A stretch of 38,828 nt of DNA from a virus (Duplodnaviria; Caudoviricetes), in IMG/VR virus record IMGVR_UViG_3300037046_000131, positions 1 through 38,828 of that record. One strand, written 5' to 3'. Numbering within the stretch: the first letter of the stretch is position 1; the number at the start of each line of letters is the position of its first letter. The notes below the pieces were generated by a model. The model did no database searches. It worked only from the letters and a program-made list of their open reading frames with translations, and was not told the DNA's origin. The position numbers were made by a program, and so were the translations under genes. Positions 15,994 through 26,300 of this stretch are shown here, piece after piece.

Positions 15994-18900
15994 ATGTTTG
16001 GGCGTCATACTAATAAGATTCATCAGCGTGTGAGTTGTCACCAATGTTTATCCAGATTATTATTTCATATCACACTAATGATGATAGTGTTTCTCATTGG
16101 TAATATTGCAAACGCGGTAACTTCTGAGCCTATTGGAATCGGCGTCGCTGGGCAAATTCATGCGGCGACATTTGATCCCGACAATTCAACCACGATATAT
16201 GTTGGCGGTGATCAGTGTGGTGTTTATGTGACATATGATGGTGGTAATTTATGGGCCCCATATAACGATGGTTTGGTTGATGCTGAAAGTGGCCGAGCCT
16301 ATTACGTCGACGATTTACTCATAGTTAGAGATTCGGGGCTTAACGATGACATCTTGGATGATCGGGAGGGTATTTATGCCGCTACTCGTGGTGGTATCTA
16401 TTTCCGCGCATTTGAGGCTTCGGAGTGGGTGCTGCAAACTGGTCATGCAAGCTATTCATACTATGAACAATTTTACGTAAATGGAAATCCTGTAACACCC
16501 GCAACCGCTAAGCCAATTGAATTTTCTACCTTATGCTATAATAGTGTTGATCACGAAATTTATGCAGGGGCAGGATCGGCTCGTTGGCTAAGTGACAATC
16601 ATGCTTACTTTAATTTTTTCCCGTCCGTTGGTCTCGATCCAGTTCCGAACCCGAATAACTATAGCGTATTTCTGCCATATGGTGGATCAAGTGCGGCTTA
16701 TTATAACGGAGGACAGTATACTCGGTATTCATTATGGTCGTTAAATGTAGCTAATCAATCTCCCGCCCCCCCGGATAGCTGGGATCCTGTTCCTCGATCC
16801 GGTTCAATGGGGAATGTGCGAAGGCTTGCATTTAAACAGCTAGACGCTAACACATATTATATGGCGGCTGCATGTCAAAATGGATTTTATGGCTACACTA
16901 GTAGTGATCCAAACCCAGAATGGATAGATCTAGAGCCATCAATCAAAACAGGAGATTTAGAGGATTACTGGACAGGTAATTACTGGGACGTACAGTTCGG
17001 GAATGGAACAATGTTATACGCACTTCAAAAAAAGCCTGTGAATTTGGATCCAGATCTCTATTCCTCCGTATGTACATATGATTTTAGTGCCGATATATGG
17101 AGTGTTTTTGCATTAAATGATCCCGTTGATAATAGCCAAACAGATATTTGGCGTGATCGTCTTATGCAAACCGGGTTTGAGTTAACCAGTTTAACGGTAA
17201 TTCCTGACCCGTTAGAATTGAGTGATATTGTAATTGTTGGTGAACGCAACAATTGGATCAATGATTATGGTGTAAATCTAGTTGGATACTATTTACATAC
17301 GGCAGAATGTGATGATGATAAATGGGTACATATTTTAGGCATGAATGGATCAGAGAATTCCTACAATTACTATTATTATTCCAATGTAGGCTCTGAATAT
17401 TGTACGTTCTCGGAACAATCATTCACCTCTGCTGAACTTGGCTGGCTGATTAATGATTTTAGCTATCCGACACTTCCGATTATTGTGAGTCCAAGTAATA
17501 ATAATGTAATGCTGGCATGGTTTGGGAATCGTCCCATGATAAGCACTGATGCAGGTGATGGGTGGGAGCAAATATATTGCACTGGAAATGGTCTAGACTG
17601 GAGATCAAATGGGTTAAATGAAATGGCTGTTATGTCATTAGATATGTCTCCAGATGGAGTGCTCGCAATAGGGGCGGGCGATTTCGATGTATTCCGAGCT
17701 ACAGACAATACAAATAGCTCATTCAATTGGATTGGTTGGAAGATGTATTCAGCGGGAAATAAATATATTGGAAATCTTGCAAGTAAAGTTCAATGGCACA
17801 ATAATATGATATATGCAATATTGAATATGCCCGAAGGCGATAGCAGGCCAGGACGTAATTGCTTTCGATCATTAATACGGTATGATCTCGCTCAGCCAGA
17901 TGGTGATTATTATGAAATAGGTACTAACGTTGGAGACTTCCACTCCAATCCTCTAGAACAGCACTATCAAAATTATCAATCGGGTACATACGGATACTGG
18001 ATTACCGATTTTGAATTTATTAATGAGATAACAATGTGCATTTCTGTAGCATATCGAGAATATGATCTAGAAAGTGATCATTTTGTGGGAAACTACTTCA
18101 GTGATATATGGACAGCCAGTTATGATGAAATCACTGATCAATGGAATATTGACAGCATACCCTCTGCTTCGGCAGATAGGGTTATTGTGGATTTATGCTA
18201 CATTCCAAATACATTTATTGTTTTTGCAGCCGCTGGATCCAGGGGGGGATTTAATGATAACGGAGGAATCTATGAATACAATATTAATTCTCGAGATATT
18301 GCCTTAATAGTTGATGGCTATCCGCCCGGAGGGGCGACGAACACGCTTCAGGCGGCTTGCAGAAATGTCAGTACAGTTGAAACAGATAAAGATGGCTCAG
18401 TTGTGTACTTTGGTACATATGGAATCAATGGGTACATACAATCCTCTGCAAATCCCAATCTTATTCGTATGGGAACTGTTCTTCGTTTAATACCACCTTA
18501 TACTTTTGGAATTATCCCGGATGATAGTCAATGGGAAATTCTTGCAAATACTGTTGAATCCGGAGGAGATGTATTTAATGTACAGGAAGGATTGGATACA
18601 TATCATACACAAGACCCTAATAATAACTGGCAATGGAATCTTGCGGAGTTTGAGGGAGCCAAGCGCTTGACGCATGTTGATGCAATAGCTATTGATGAGC
18701 GTGATCCGCGAGTAATCTATGTCGGCTTAGATCCTTATCCTCATCTGCCAAGTGGGGGACTTTGGAAATATGATGGCACTGACCTTAATGTTAACCAACG
18801 CTGGACGCATCTTCTTGGTGCAGATGGCCCTCCAAATTGCGGAGTCACTTCTATAGCAATCGATAAATACAACCCAAATATTTTATATGCCGGCACATCG

Positions 18901-20922
18901 GGTGGTGAAGAAATATTCAGAGTAACAGTAGATGATGTAATGGTTCCAGCTAGGGCTAAGTATGTTGATAGATCTGGCGATGCCTACGGTGATCCGTTAG
19001 TTCCGGGAACTGGACTTAAGTATTCTGGAAAACCATATGCAATGAATACCTTTGACTATGACAATGATGGCAGCCTCGATTTACTCGTAACACAACGAAA
19101 TGGTTACGCCATTCTATATCGATACACAGGTTCACCAATCGAGGGAGTGCCCGAATATGATCGAGTTTATGAGCAATCAGCATTCGGAGCTACCGGATAC
19201 AGAGGGATTGCTGCAGCTGATATAACAAATGATCATGATGCGGCACACGATGGATCCGGATATGTAGATCTATTCTTAGCTCATGAAACGCAAGCAAAAA
19301 TCTTGCGAAATACAGGAAACACGATCGGTCAAATCTTTGAAGATGTGAGCAGCAACACCAGTATAAGTACAGCACTACAACAATCCTGGTGCGGATCGTG
19401 GGGTGATTACGATCGCGACGGACGAGTAGATCTGGTTGTCGGGCGAGGCGTGGGAAGCCACCAGGACCCCATGGGTGGGCAACTACCAATTTATGGGCAC
19501 GCTAACTCTGTGTTGCATAACGTGACAATCGGCACAGATGTTATATTTGAAGATGTTAGTTCAAGTATACTCACGAACGCCTTCGATAACCAAACCGCAA
19601 CAACGTCAGTATCTTGGGCAGACGTCAATAATGACGGTGAATTGGACCTTCTAGTTGGCGACATAAGTCAGTTCGAAAGTTATGACAACCATTCATCACT
19701 TTACATAAACAATGGTAATGGAACATATACCGATGATACGGCGATAAAATTGAACCTGTCAGATAATCATTGGATAGGCGGGATGTCGTTTGTAGATCAC
19801 AACGCAGACGGGTATCAAGATCTTGCTGTAAGCAGTAATTATCACAGCTTTATTGATATAAATAATGGACAAGGTCAGTTCAATCAGTACTTGGTCTTGA
19901 ATGCATACAGTTCAAATGATCATTCAACTATGATACCACTTGATTACGATCTTGATACATATCCGGATTACTTGTGTCTACCAAGTAAGACAGGTAACAA
20001 GGGAGCTTTATTTAGGTCTGTTCCGTCGAGCGGCGGCGGAGCTAACCTGATTAGTGTAACGGAATCATCAGGAATATCCTTCGGAGATAATATAACAGCT
20101 GGAATTGCTGCAGATATGACGGCCGATGGTGATTCAGATCTGTTGATTGGAGATGCAACAAAGTATGGAGCCGAATTCGGAAAGTTTTACTTCCAAAATA
20201 CAGGTTTGTTTGGTTATGAACCGCCTACAATATGCTGGTATGGTGTTCGTTTAATCGGCGATGGTGGCACTAATAAATCCGCGATCGGAGCTTCTGTCTC
20301 ATTTACCATTAACGGTCGCATATTGAAGAAAGTAGTCGATGGTGGAAGCGGCCTAGGAGGCCAGAGTCCAGCAGTGTTGATATTTGGAGTTTTGCAAGGA
20401 GCAGAGAGCGCAACTGTGCCGATCGCCACGATTATGTGGCCTGATGGATACGAACAGCAAAAGCAGCTCTCATGCAAGGAAATTGTAACCGTCTACGATA
20501 ATAGCGCACCCGGAGCGATCACAAATACTCTAACTGCAACGGCGATTGCACATCCCGATATGCTAGCAGACTGGGTTATCGAGTGGAATACGCCGTTTAG
20601 TAGTGATCCGAATTTGGATAGAGTAACGGTCACTGCACCGAGTACGCCGCCAGGCTGTGATTTCGGTAATTATATTTTAACTCCTACTTCAACTGGAGTG
20701 ACCGCTTCTGTACAACCGCTCGTAGACGGAGGTTATCACCATAAAATAGTGTGGAGCAATACGTTGTGTGTGGCTGGGTGCTCATATGACATCCAGGCAG
20801 AGAGCGCCACAAAGAATCAGGATGGGTCCCTGAGGGTGTCGCCAGCGCTCGGTCGTAGAGGCAGTACGCATGTTCCGTTGAATGTCACTGTGTGCATCGA
20901 GGAACCTGGGATGGTGGAATAA
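15994..20922 (+). CDS. Giant secreted protein: beta-propeller (BNR/Asp-box-like) region plus FG-GAP repeats and ASPIC/UnbV (CRTAC1-like) domain
   Basis: SD GGAGG and signal-like segment; TYDGGNLW and STDAGDGW boxes; FDYDNDGSLDL, WGDYDRDGRVDL, WADVNNDGELDL; NKSAIGASV...VDGGSGLGGQS...IFG...IMWPDG. AT-rich. Confidence 0.85.
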   Translation: MFGRHTNKIHQRVSCHQCLSRLLFHITLMMIVFLIGNIANAVTSEPIGIGVAGQIHAATFDPDNSTTIYVGGDQCGVYVTYDGGNLWAPYNDGLVDAESGRAYYVDDLLIVRDSGLNDDILDDREGIYAATRGGIYFRAFEASEWVLQTGHASYSYYEQFYVNGNPVTPATAKPIEFSTLCYNSVDHEIYAGAGSARWLSDNHAYFNFFPSVGLDPVPNPNNYSVFLPYGGSSAAYYNGGQYTRYSLWSLNVANQSPAPPDSWDPVPRSGSMGNVRRLAFKQLDANTYYMAAACQNGFYGYTSSDPNPEWIDLEPSIKTGDLEDYWTGNYWDVQFGNGTMLYALQKKPVNLDPDLYSSVCTYDFSADIWSVFALNDPVDNSQTDIWRDRLMQTGFELTSLTVIPDPLELSDIVIVGERNNWINDYGVNLVGYYLHTAECDDDKWVHILGMNGSENSYNYYYYSNVGSEYCTFSEQSFTSAELGWLINDFSYPTLPIIVSPSNNNVMLAWFGNRPMISTDAGDGWEQIYCTGNGLDWRSNGLNEMAVMSLDMSPDGVLAIGAGDFDVFRATDNTNSSFNWIGWKMYSAGNKYIGNLASKVQWHNNMIYAILNMPEGDSRPGRNCFRSLIRYDLAQPDGDYYEIGTNVGDFHSNPLEQHYQNYQSGTYGYWITDFEFINEITMCISVAYREYDLESDHFVGNYFSDIWTASYDEITDQWNIDSIPSASADRVIVDLCYIPNTFIVFAAAGSRGGFNDNGGIYEYNINSRDIALIVDGYPPGGATNTLQAACRNVSTVETDKDGSVVYFGTYGINGYIQSSANPNLIRMGTVLRLIPPYTFGIIPDDSQWEILANTVESGGDVFNVQEGLDTYHTQDPNNNWQWNLAEFEGAKRLTHVDAIAIDERDPRVIYVGLDPYPHLPSGGLWKYDGTDLNVNQRWTHLLGADGPPNCGVTSIAIDKYNPNILYAGTSGGEEIFRVTVDDVMVPARAKYVDRSGDAYGDPLVPGTGLKYSGKPYAMNTFDYDNDGSLDLLVTQRNGYAILYRYTGSPIEGVPEYDRVYEQSAFGATGYRGIAAADITNDHDAAHDGSGYVDLFLAHETQAKILRNTGNTIGQIFEDVSSNTSISTALQQSWCGSWGDYDRDGRVDLVVGRGVGSHQDPMGGQLPIYGHANSVLHNVTIGTDVIFEDVSSSILTNAFDNQTATTSVSWADVNNDGELDLLVGDISQFESYDNHSSLYINNGNGTYTDDTAIKLNLSDNHWIGGMSFVDHNADGYQDLAVSSNYHSFIDINNGQGQFNQYLVLNAYSSNDHSTMIPLDYDLDTYPDYLCLPSKTGNKGALFRSVPSSGGGANLISVTESSGISFGDNITAGIAADMTADGDSDLLIGDATKYGAEFGKFYFQNTGLFGYEPPTICWYGVRLIGDGGTNKSAIGASVSFTINGRILKKVVDGGSGLGGQSPAVLIFGVLQGAESATVPIATIMWPDGYEQQKQLSCKEIVTVYDNSAPGAITNTLTATAIAHPDMLADWVIEWNTPFSSDPNLDRVTVTAPSTPPGCDFGNYILTPTSTGVTASVQPLVDGGYHHKIVWSNTLCVAGCSYDIQAESATKNQDGSLRVSPALGRRGSTHVPLNVTVCIEEPGMVE

Positions 20923-21761
20923 TGAGAAGAATTATCAATATGACCGTTCTAGTTGTCTGTGTCTCTGGGATCGCCGGTGCTACTACACCTGTGTCTTTTT
21001 TGGCGGTTACACCCGCGACCGAAGATTCATATCTTGCCATCCTCGTACCTATGCCCGATGGGAGCGAAATCGAAGGTCTCCGATGGTTCAATAAAGAGGC
21101 TGGAACAATATTCCAAGAGGCGAAACTGCTGCTGATCGATGAGGATGGCTTCCCGAGCCTCGCAGGAGCCTACACCGCGGCATCTGGTCTTGCGGGCAGT
21201 GATACGAGTTGGACTGAGATCATGTTTTCCCAGCCGATTACCAGTGAGGCGGGAGACCTGTTCTTGGCTCTCCGCTATCCACAGGACCCGGAAAACGGCG
21301 ACCAAAGCAAAAAGCCGGGAGTCGGTTACTCTTTAACAACAAGCGGACAGGAGGCCTGGGTTACCGCAGACGGGGTGAACTGGACACGCCTCTATTCCGG
21401 TGTGACGGTGTACTTGGAGGCAATCTGCGGAGCCAGCAAGGGCCTCAATAGCATTGTGATGAGGGCTCCTGAAGTGCCAGCTTTCGTGACGAGCCTTGCA
21501 TTGCCCCAGCCGAACCCGTTCAACCCAAGCACTACGCTGAAGTTCACGTTAGCAGAGGCGGGGAAGGCTGAAGTCGTGATCTACGATACTCGCGGAGCTG
21601 CAGTGAAAACACTGGTGTCGGCTGAGCTGTCCGCGGGTCTCCATGATGTCGTCTGGCATGGGTCGGACGACCACGGGCGACCTGTAGCTAGCGGTCTATA
21701 TTTTGCACGCTTGAAGTGTCGGACCGGTTCGGGCGTGCAGAGATTGATGCTGATTAGGTAG
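20922..21761 (+). CDS. Secreted protein with C-terminal FlgD-Ig domain
   Basis: TAATG coupling; signal peptide; PNPFNPST...IYDTRG..VKTL...VWHGSDDHGRPVASGLYFARL. Confidence 0.88.
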   Translation: MRRIINMTVLVVCVSGIAGATTPVSFLAVTPATEDSYLAILVPMPDGSEIEGLRWFNKEAGTIFQEAKLLLIDEDGFPSLAGAYTAASGLAGSDTSWTEIMFSQPITSEAGDLFLALRYPQDPENGDQSKKPGVGYSLTTSGQEAWVTADGVNWTRLYSGVTVYLEAICGASKGLNSIVMRAPEVPAFVTSLALPQPNPFNPSTTLKFTLAEAGKAEVVIYDTRGAAVKTLVSAELSAGLHDVVWHGSDDHGRPVASGLYFARLKCRTGSGVQRLMLIR

Positions 21762-21768
21762 GAGAGAC

Positions 21769-22932
21769 ATGAAGCTCGGACATCTCTTGCTGATTGTCCT
21801 TTTAGCCCCGTCGTTCTGCTCGGCTCGCACATGGCGAGTCGAGCAAGACGGCAGCGGTGATTTTACAAATATCCAGCCTGCGGTTGATGCTTCGTCACCC
21901 AGGGATACCGTGCTTGTTGGTCCAGGACGTTATGAACAATTCTGGGTGTTCGATCCTATTCTACACTTTGAAGTGATCGTAGGCGTACACGTGGATAGTC
22001 TGACGATTATTGGCACGGATCGAGACGCAGTAATCATCGGCCCGACAGAGCTCTACCCTCTTGCTCAGACGAGCGAAGAGGCGGTGGTTACAATTTCGAT
22101 GGGCATTGCCTTCGGCCTGGAAAACACATGGGGTGTGGTAGAGAACATGACATTCGAAAACACTTGGCGCGGGATAGATCTATATCCATCGGGTTCGGTG
22201 CGAAACTGTACGTTTCGTGGTATGTGGTATCACGGAGTATTAGTAGACAAGGCTATCAGAGCAACAATATCGGACTGTGAGGCATATGATTGCATTGGAT
22301 CCGGAATAAAGGTTGGTGCATATGGAGTGGGGCAGATCCTTGTTGAAGTGTCGGATTTTCGAGTTGAGAGATCCCAAACGGGATTCTATATTACCCATCC
22401 AAATACAATAGTAAGGGATTGTAATGCCGTTGGATGCAATACCGGTTATGCAGTTGTTGGTGGCAGGGTAACGATGCAGGACGTTCAATCGAATGGATGC
22501 TTTGGGGGTATTGTAAGCGATAGTGGAGCAATTCTCACATTAGAGAATGCACAAATAAGAAACAGCATATATCGCAATATGACCATAATGGGCGGGGGCT
22601 ATATTTATGGATCAAACTTGGTATTGGAGGGTGGTGGAGCAGGTGAAACAATTCTCTCTGCGAATGGCTTGTGCGAAATTCACAATTCACACATCGGTCG
22701 CAGCAATGGCCCATCTGTTAAAGTGGATTTCCACATCGGCCCCGACGATGCCATGAACCTGACGGGTAATTACTGGGGAACGACCTCGGCCGATTCGATT
22801 GCGGCCTGGATCTGGGACAGGCATGACGACCCGTCGATTCACACGACGGTGCGCTACGAGCCCTTCTCGCCAACGCCGTTGCCAAACGAGAACAGGAGCA
22901 TGGGCGACGTAAAAGCGATGTTCAGGAAGTAG
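21769..22932 (+). CDS. Secreted right-handed beta-helix protein with short C-terminal sorting-like tail
   Basis: Signal peptide; DGSGDFTNIQPAVD...DTVLVGPGRY; GNYWG; ends SMGDVKAMFRK. Confidence 0.85.
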   Translation: MKLGHLLLIVLLAPSFCSARTWRVEQDGSGDFTNIQPAVDASSPRDTVLVGPGRYEQFWVFDPILHFEVIVGVHVDSLTIIGTDRDAVIIGPTELYPLAQTSEEAVVTISMGIAFGLENTWGVVENMTFENTWRGIDLYPSGSVRNCTFRGMWYHGVLVDKAIRATISDCEAYDCIGSGIKVGAYGVGQILVEVSDFRVERSQTGFYITHPNTIVRDCNAVGCNTGYAVVGGRVTMQDVQSNGCFGGIVSDSGAILTLENAQIRNSIYRNMTIMGGGYIYGSNLVLEGGGAGETILSANGLCEIHNSHIGRSNGPSVKVDFHIGPDDAMNLTGNYWGTTSADSIAAWIWDRHDDPSIHTTVRYEPFSPTPLPNENRSMGDVKAMFRK

Positions 22933-23071
22933 GTGGGGTTTCCCTTGTTTCTCGAGGCTCCCGTTGCTTTCGGAAGCGAAATGCCCTGGAATCGGCCGAG
23001 AAACCACAGCTGCAAATATTCGCATACAGACCGCGATTCGAGATATCTCTCTTTCCCGTCACGCAGAGCGC

Positions 23072-23087
23072 CTCACCCGGGGAGCCA
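23072..23087 (+). other. tRNA-Asn-like 3' fragment, candidate att site
   Basis: CTCAC-CCGGGGA-G-CCA parses as T-stem 3' strand, acceptor 3' strand, discriminator G and CCA. No 5' half of a tRNA lies upstream. Confidence 0.45.
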
Positions 23088-23127
23088 ACAAGTTTAAATT
23101 TAGCAACGAGTTACAGAGATGTTGACG

Positions 23128-23159
23128 GAGGCCCCGGTCTTGGGTAGATCGGGGCCTTT
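23128..23159 (+). terminator. Intrinsic terminator-like hairpin
   Basis: AGGCCCCGGTCT-tgggt-AGATCGGGGCCT followed by TTGTATTT. Confidence 0.65.
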
Positions 23160-23562
23160 GTATTTGGCTGTGGTTACGACAGTTACGGGACCGGGATTTG
23201 GGGTGCCGGGGGTGGCCGAAAGGAGAGGTCGGGGGAGAGGTCCAGTAGGGGTTGAAAATGCCCGCAAACCTTCTCTGAGTCTCGAATTCACCCCGGCTTC
23301 ACTTTCGTTGACAGCGGATTGGGGTCCGGCACCTCATATGCGAAAAGCTGCATTTGTAAGCTAACTTCAGCGGGTACTGGCTGATAGAAGTTGGTGGGTG
23401 CTTCGGCCGCTGTTTCGCGGGATTAGCACGGCGATGCATACTCCGCAATAGTCTCAGAATTACATAATTGGGCCTGAGTCCATCCAGGTTTGCACTGCTC
23501 GTATAGCGCTTTCTGCTATGATCAACCTGAGATTCCGGCATCAGTCAGCGGGAGGCGGAGCG

Positions 23563-25245
23563 ATGGGAATCCATGTCAGGTGGTCTGTGATCGGGCTTCT
23601 TGTCGTGTTTCTGGCGACATCGGCCGTGAGTGAACTGCGCGCCGCCACGTTGATCGGTTGGTGGTCGTTCGATGAAGGTGGCGGGGACGTGGCTATTGAC
23701 GGAAGCACCCTCCACAACGACGGCATCATCTACGGCGCGGCGTCTATCCCCGACGGTGTGCGCGGACGAGCGTTGCGTTTCGACGGTGCGACATCATTTG
23801 TGCAGATTCCGCACACGGCGGCCTATGACGACACCTCGGCTGTCACCGTCGAGGCTTGGATCCGCATGGATCCCGTGCAGTCGTGGGACTATCCCTGCGT
23901 GTTCGACAAATCGCACCGTGCCTGGGATGAGCCGCCCTTCTGCACTGGCTACACGCTGCAGGATCCCGGTGACCGCTCCTTGGCTTTTTTCGCCTGCGGT
24001 GAACCATCCTGCTCGGGGGCTGCCGCTGGCGAGCCGCTAAACGATGGTGATTGGCACTTTGTTGTTGGCACAGTCTCGACGGCTGATAGCATCATCCGGT
24101 TCTACCTGGACGGCATGCTTGCGGGCGAAGCCGACTATGAACAGCCGCTGGGTGTCAATGGCGGCGACTTGTTCATCGGGCGCCACTATTTGCTCGGGCG
24201 TTACTATACTGGGGATATCGACGAGGTGCAGGTGTATAGCGGCGCCTTATCGGCGGAGGAGATTGCGGCCGATTACCGAGAAGTCATTGGTCCAGATCTA
24301 GTCGGCTGGTGGTCGTTCGACGAACCCAACGGTGATGTTGCGGTTGATAGCAGCATATACGCCAATGCCGGGGTGATCGTCGGCGCTGCGCGCGTTCCTG
24401 GAGTGGTCGGGAGCGCCGCGGCTTTCGACGGCGTGGAGACATTCGTGCAGATTCCGGCGGCTGCGCAATACGATCTGATCGAAGAGATCTCCGTTGAAGC
24501 CTGGGTGCGAATGGATCCTGTGCAGGATTGGGACCAACCGTGCATCTTCGACAAATCGCACCGATCGTTCGATGACCCACCGACGTATACGGGCTATACC
24601 CTGCAGGACAACGGAGATCGGACCATCGCGTTTGTCGCTTGTGGCCCTTCCGGGTGCCTCCAGGCTTCGTCGACAACGACGCTCAACGACGACGTTTGGC
24701 ATTTCCTGATCGGCACGACGAGCGTCGCCGACGGGCTCACCCGCTTCTACGTGGACGGCGAGTTGGTGGAAGAGGAGCTGTATGCGGCGCCCGCCGGTGT
24801 GAACGCGGGCGACGTGTTCATCGGCTGCCACTACCGTCTGGGCCGGTACTACAAGGGCCTGGTGGATGAAGTGAAGGTCTACCGCGGCGCTCTGACCTCT
24901 TCACAGGCGCGCTCCCACTACGAAGCTGCACAGATCGCCTTATCAATCGAGAGTGTTGCGGCCAGGCATGGGCTCGTATTGCACGGTAACGTGCCGAATC
25001 CATTTAACCCGACGACTACGTTCAAGTACGACGTGCCGCAAGACGGCCGTGTGACGCTGAGAATCTACGATGTCCGCGGCGCCCTAGTCCGCACCCTGGT
25101 CGACACCGACCTCCCCCATGGCAGCCACCTAGCTACCTGGGACGGCCGCGACGCGTCTGGCCGGGGGATGGCGTCGGGGAGTTACTTCGCGCGGCTGGAG
25201 GCGGGGGGGAAGGTCGAGACGGTTAGGATGAGCCTCGTCCGTTAG
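23563..25245 (+). CDS. Secreted protein with two LamG-like domains and a FlgD-Ig tail
   Basis: Signal peptide; two copies of GWWSFDE...FDG...VEAW...WHF...FIG...IDEV; PNPFNPTT...WDGRDASGRGMASGSYFARL. Confidence 0.9.
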   Translation: MGIHVRWSVIGLLVVFLATSAVSELRAATLIGWWSFDEGGGDVAIDGSTLHNDGIIYGAASIPDGVRGRALRFDGATSFVQIPHTAAYDDTSAVTVEAWIRMDPVQSWDYPCVFDKSHRAWDEPPFCTGYTLQDPGDRSLAFFACGEPSCSGAAAGEPLNDGDWHFVVGTVSTADSIIRFYLDGMLAGEADYEQPLGVNGGDLFIGRHYLLGRYYTGDIDEVQVYSGALSAEEIAADYREVIGPDLVGWWSFDEPNGDVAVDSSIYANAGVIVGAARVPGVVGSAAAFDGVETFVQIPAAAQYDLIEEISVEAWVRMDPVQDWDQPCIFDKSHRSFDDPPTYTGYTLQDNGDRTIAFVACGPSGCLQASSTTTLNDDVWHFLIGTTSVADGLTRFYVDGELVEEELYAAPAGVNAGDVFIGCHYRLGRYYKGLVDEVKVYRGALTSSQARSHYEAAQIALSIESVAARHGLVLHGNVPNPFNPTTTFKYDVPQDGRVTLRIYDVRGALVRTLVDTDLPHGSHLATWDGRDASGRGMASGSYFARLEAGGKVETVRMSLVR

Positions 25246-25258
25246 AGATCAGACCAAC

Positions 25259-25292
25259 AGGGGCCTCGGGGGGCGACTCCCGGGGCTCCTTT
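25259..25292 (+). terminator. Intrinsic terminator-like hairpin
   Basis: AGGGGCCTCGGGGG-GCGA-CTCCCGGGGCTCCT then TT, directly after the LamG gene. Confidence 0.6.
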
Positions 25293-25478
25293 GCGCCCAT
25301 ACTAGACGGCAGTTGTCCCTATTAATGAGAATCTTCGTTCGCCCGCCTTGTCGTTCTGCTACAATCGATACCGCGCCCGCATTGGTCTCCAGAGGGGACT
25401 CGTTTTGCATACTATTTTCAGGAATGCCGCGCCGCGATGGAAAGTACCAAACCCTGGCCACTGGCCCTTGGAGGTTTT

Positions 25479-26264
25479 ATGCTCAATCCATCAAACCAGT
25501 CCACAACATTGCTGGTGACAATTTCACTAGCCTTAAGCGTCCTTCTCTCGAGTTGTAATAAAGAAATCGATTCGCCTCCACCGCCGCCAGAATACACTCC
25601 TCCCGGATCATTATATGCCCTGCTTCCTGCGGGGAGTTCTTTTGATTTTTCTACTGGCTCAATAGATCCACAGGGCGGTGGTGCTGATTTCCGCTATGAT
25701 GGTTACAACCCGGCAGGCAATATGGTCGGCCTGGTCGCCCCCAGTGGGATATCCTCGTGGACCGGCGATCTGGCCTATTTCGAATACTGCCTCGCCACGC
25801 CGGATTATTTGCCTCCCCCCGAAGGCTGGATTCCGAGTTCCGGTACTGCCGGGAGTGCCAATCAATATTTGCGCTGGCTAAAGACTGGTGAATTCCAGTA
25901 CGCAATGGTATTCTCGGTGTATGTATCCCCGAATTATTTCGGGTTTTATTATCATTCCCCCTACGGAAATTTTACCTGGTCTGATCTGGTGGCGCCAGAA
26001 CCACCCACCATGATTTCCGTATCCAGCCAGGGGGGCGGTTCATTGCGGGTTGAATGGCAGGCCAGTGTCGCACCGGATGTGGCGGGCTATTGGGTGGGTT
26101 ATGGCGATCATCCTAATTCCTTTATTCTCAAACACGCCGGTCAGGCCACCTCCTACACTTTTACAAATTTGGTTGTTGGCACGACCTATTATGTATCTGC
26201 GCAAGCGTATGATCAGGAAGGTAATCAGAGCGGCTTTTCAAATGTTATCACCGGGAATCCTTAA
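25479..26264 (+). CDS. Lipoprotein with C-terminal fibronectin type III domain
   Basis: SD GGAGG; lipobox LLSSC; VEWQAS..DVAGYWVGYG...YTFTNL..GTTYYVSAQAYD..GNQS. Confidence 0.85.
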   Translation: MLNPSNQSTTLLVTISLALSVLLSSCNKEIDSPPPPPEYTPPGSLYALLPAGSSFDFSTGSIDPQGGGADFRYDGYNPAGNMVGLVAPSGISSWTGDLAYFEYCLATPDYLPPPEGWIPSSGTAGSANQYLRWLKTGEFQYAMVFSVYVSPNYFGFYYHSPYGNFTWSDLVAPEPPTMISVSSQGGGSLRVEWQASVAPDVAGYWVGYGDHPNSFILKHAGQATSYTFTNLVVGTTYYVSAQAYDQEGNQSGFSNVITGNP

Positions 26265-26300
26265 GTGCGTGATAATATTTGGCTCTACCAAGCCGTAAAC

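Noticed and set aside
23010-23087. Complete tRNA gene
   Set aside because: No D-arm, anticodon arm, TTCG loop or 5' acceptor strand upstream; only the 3' 16 nt fit.
23650-24930. LamG internal duplication or FlgD-tail repeat as a diversity-generating retroelement TR/VR pair
   Set aside because: Differences are not adenine-specific and no reverse transcriptase is present; this is ordinary domain duplication.
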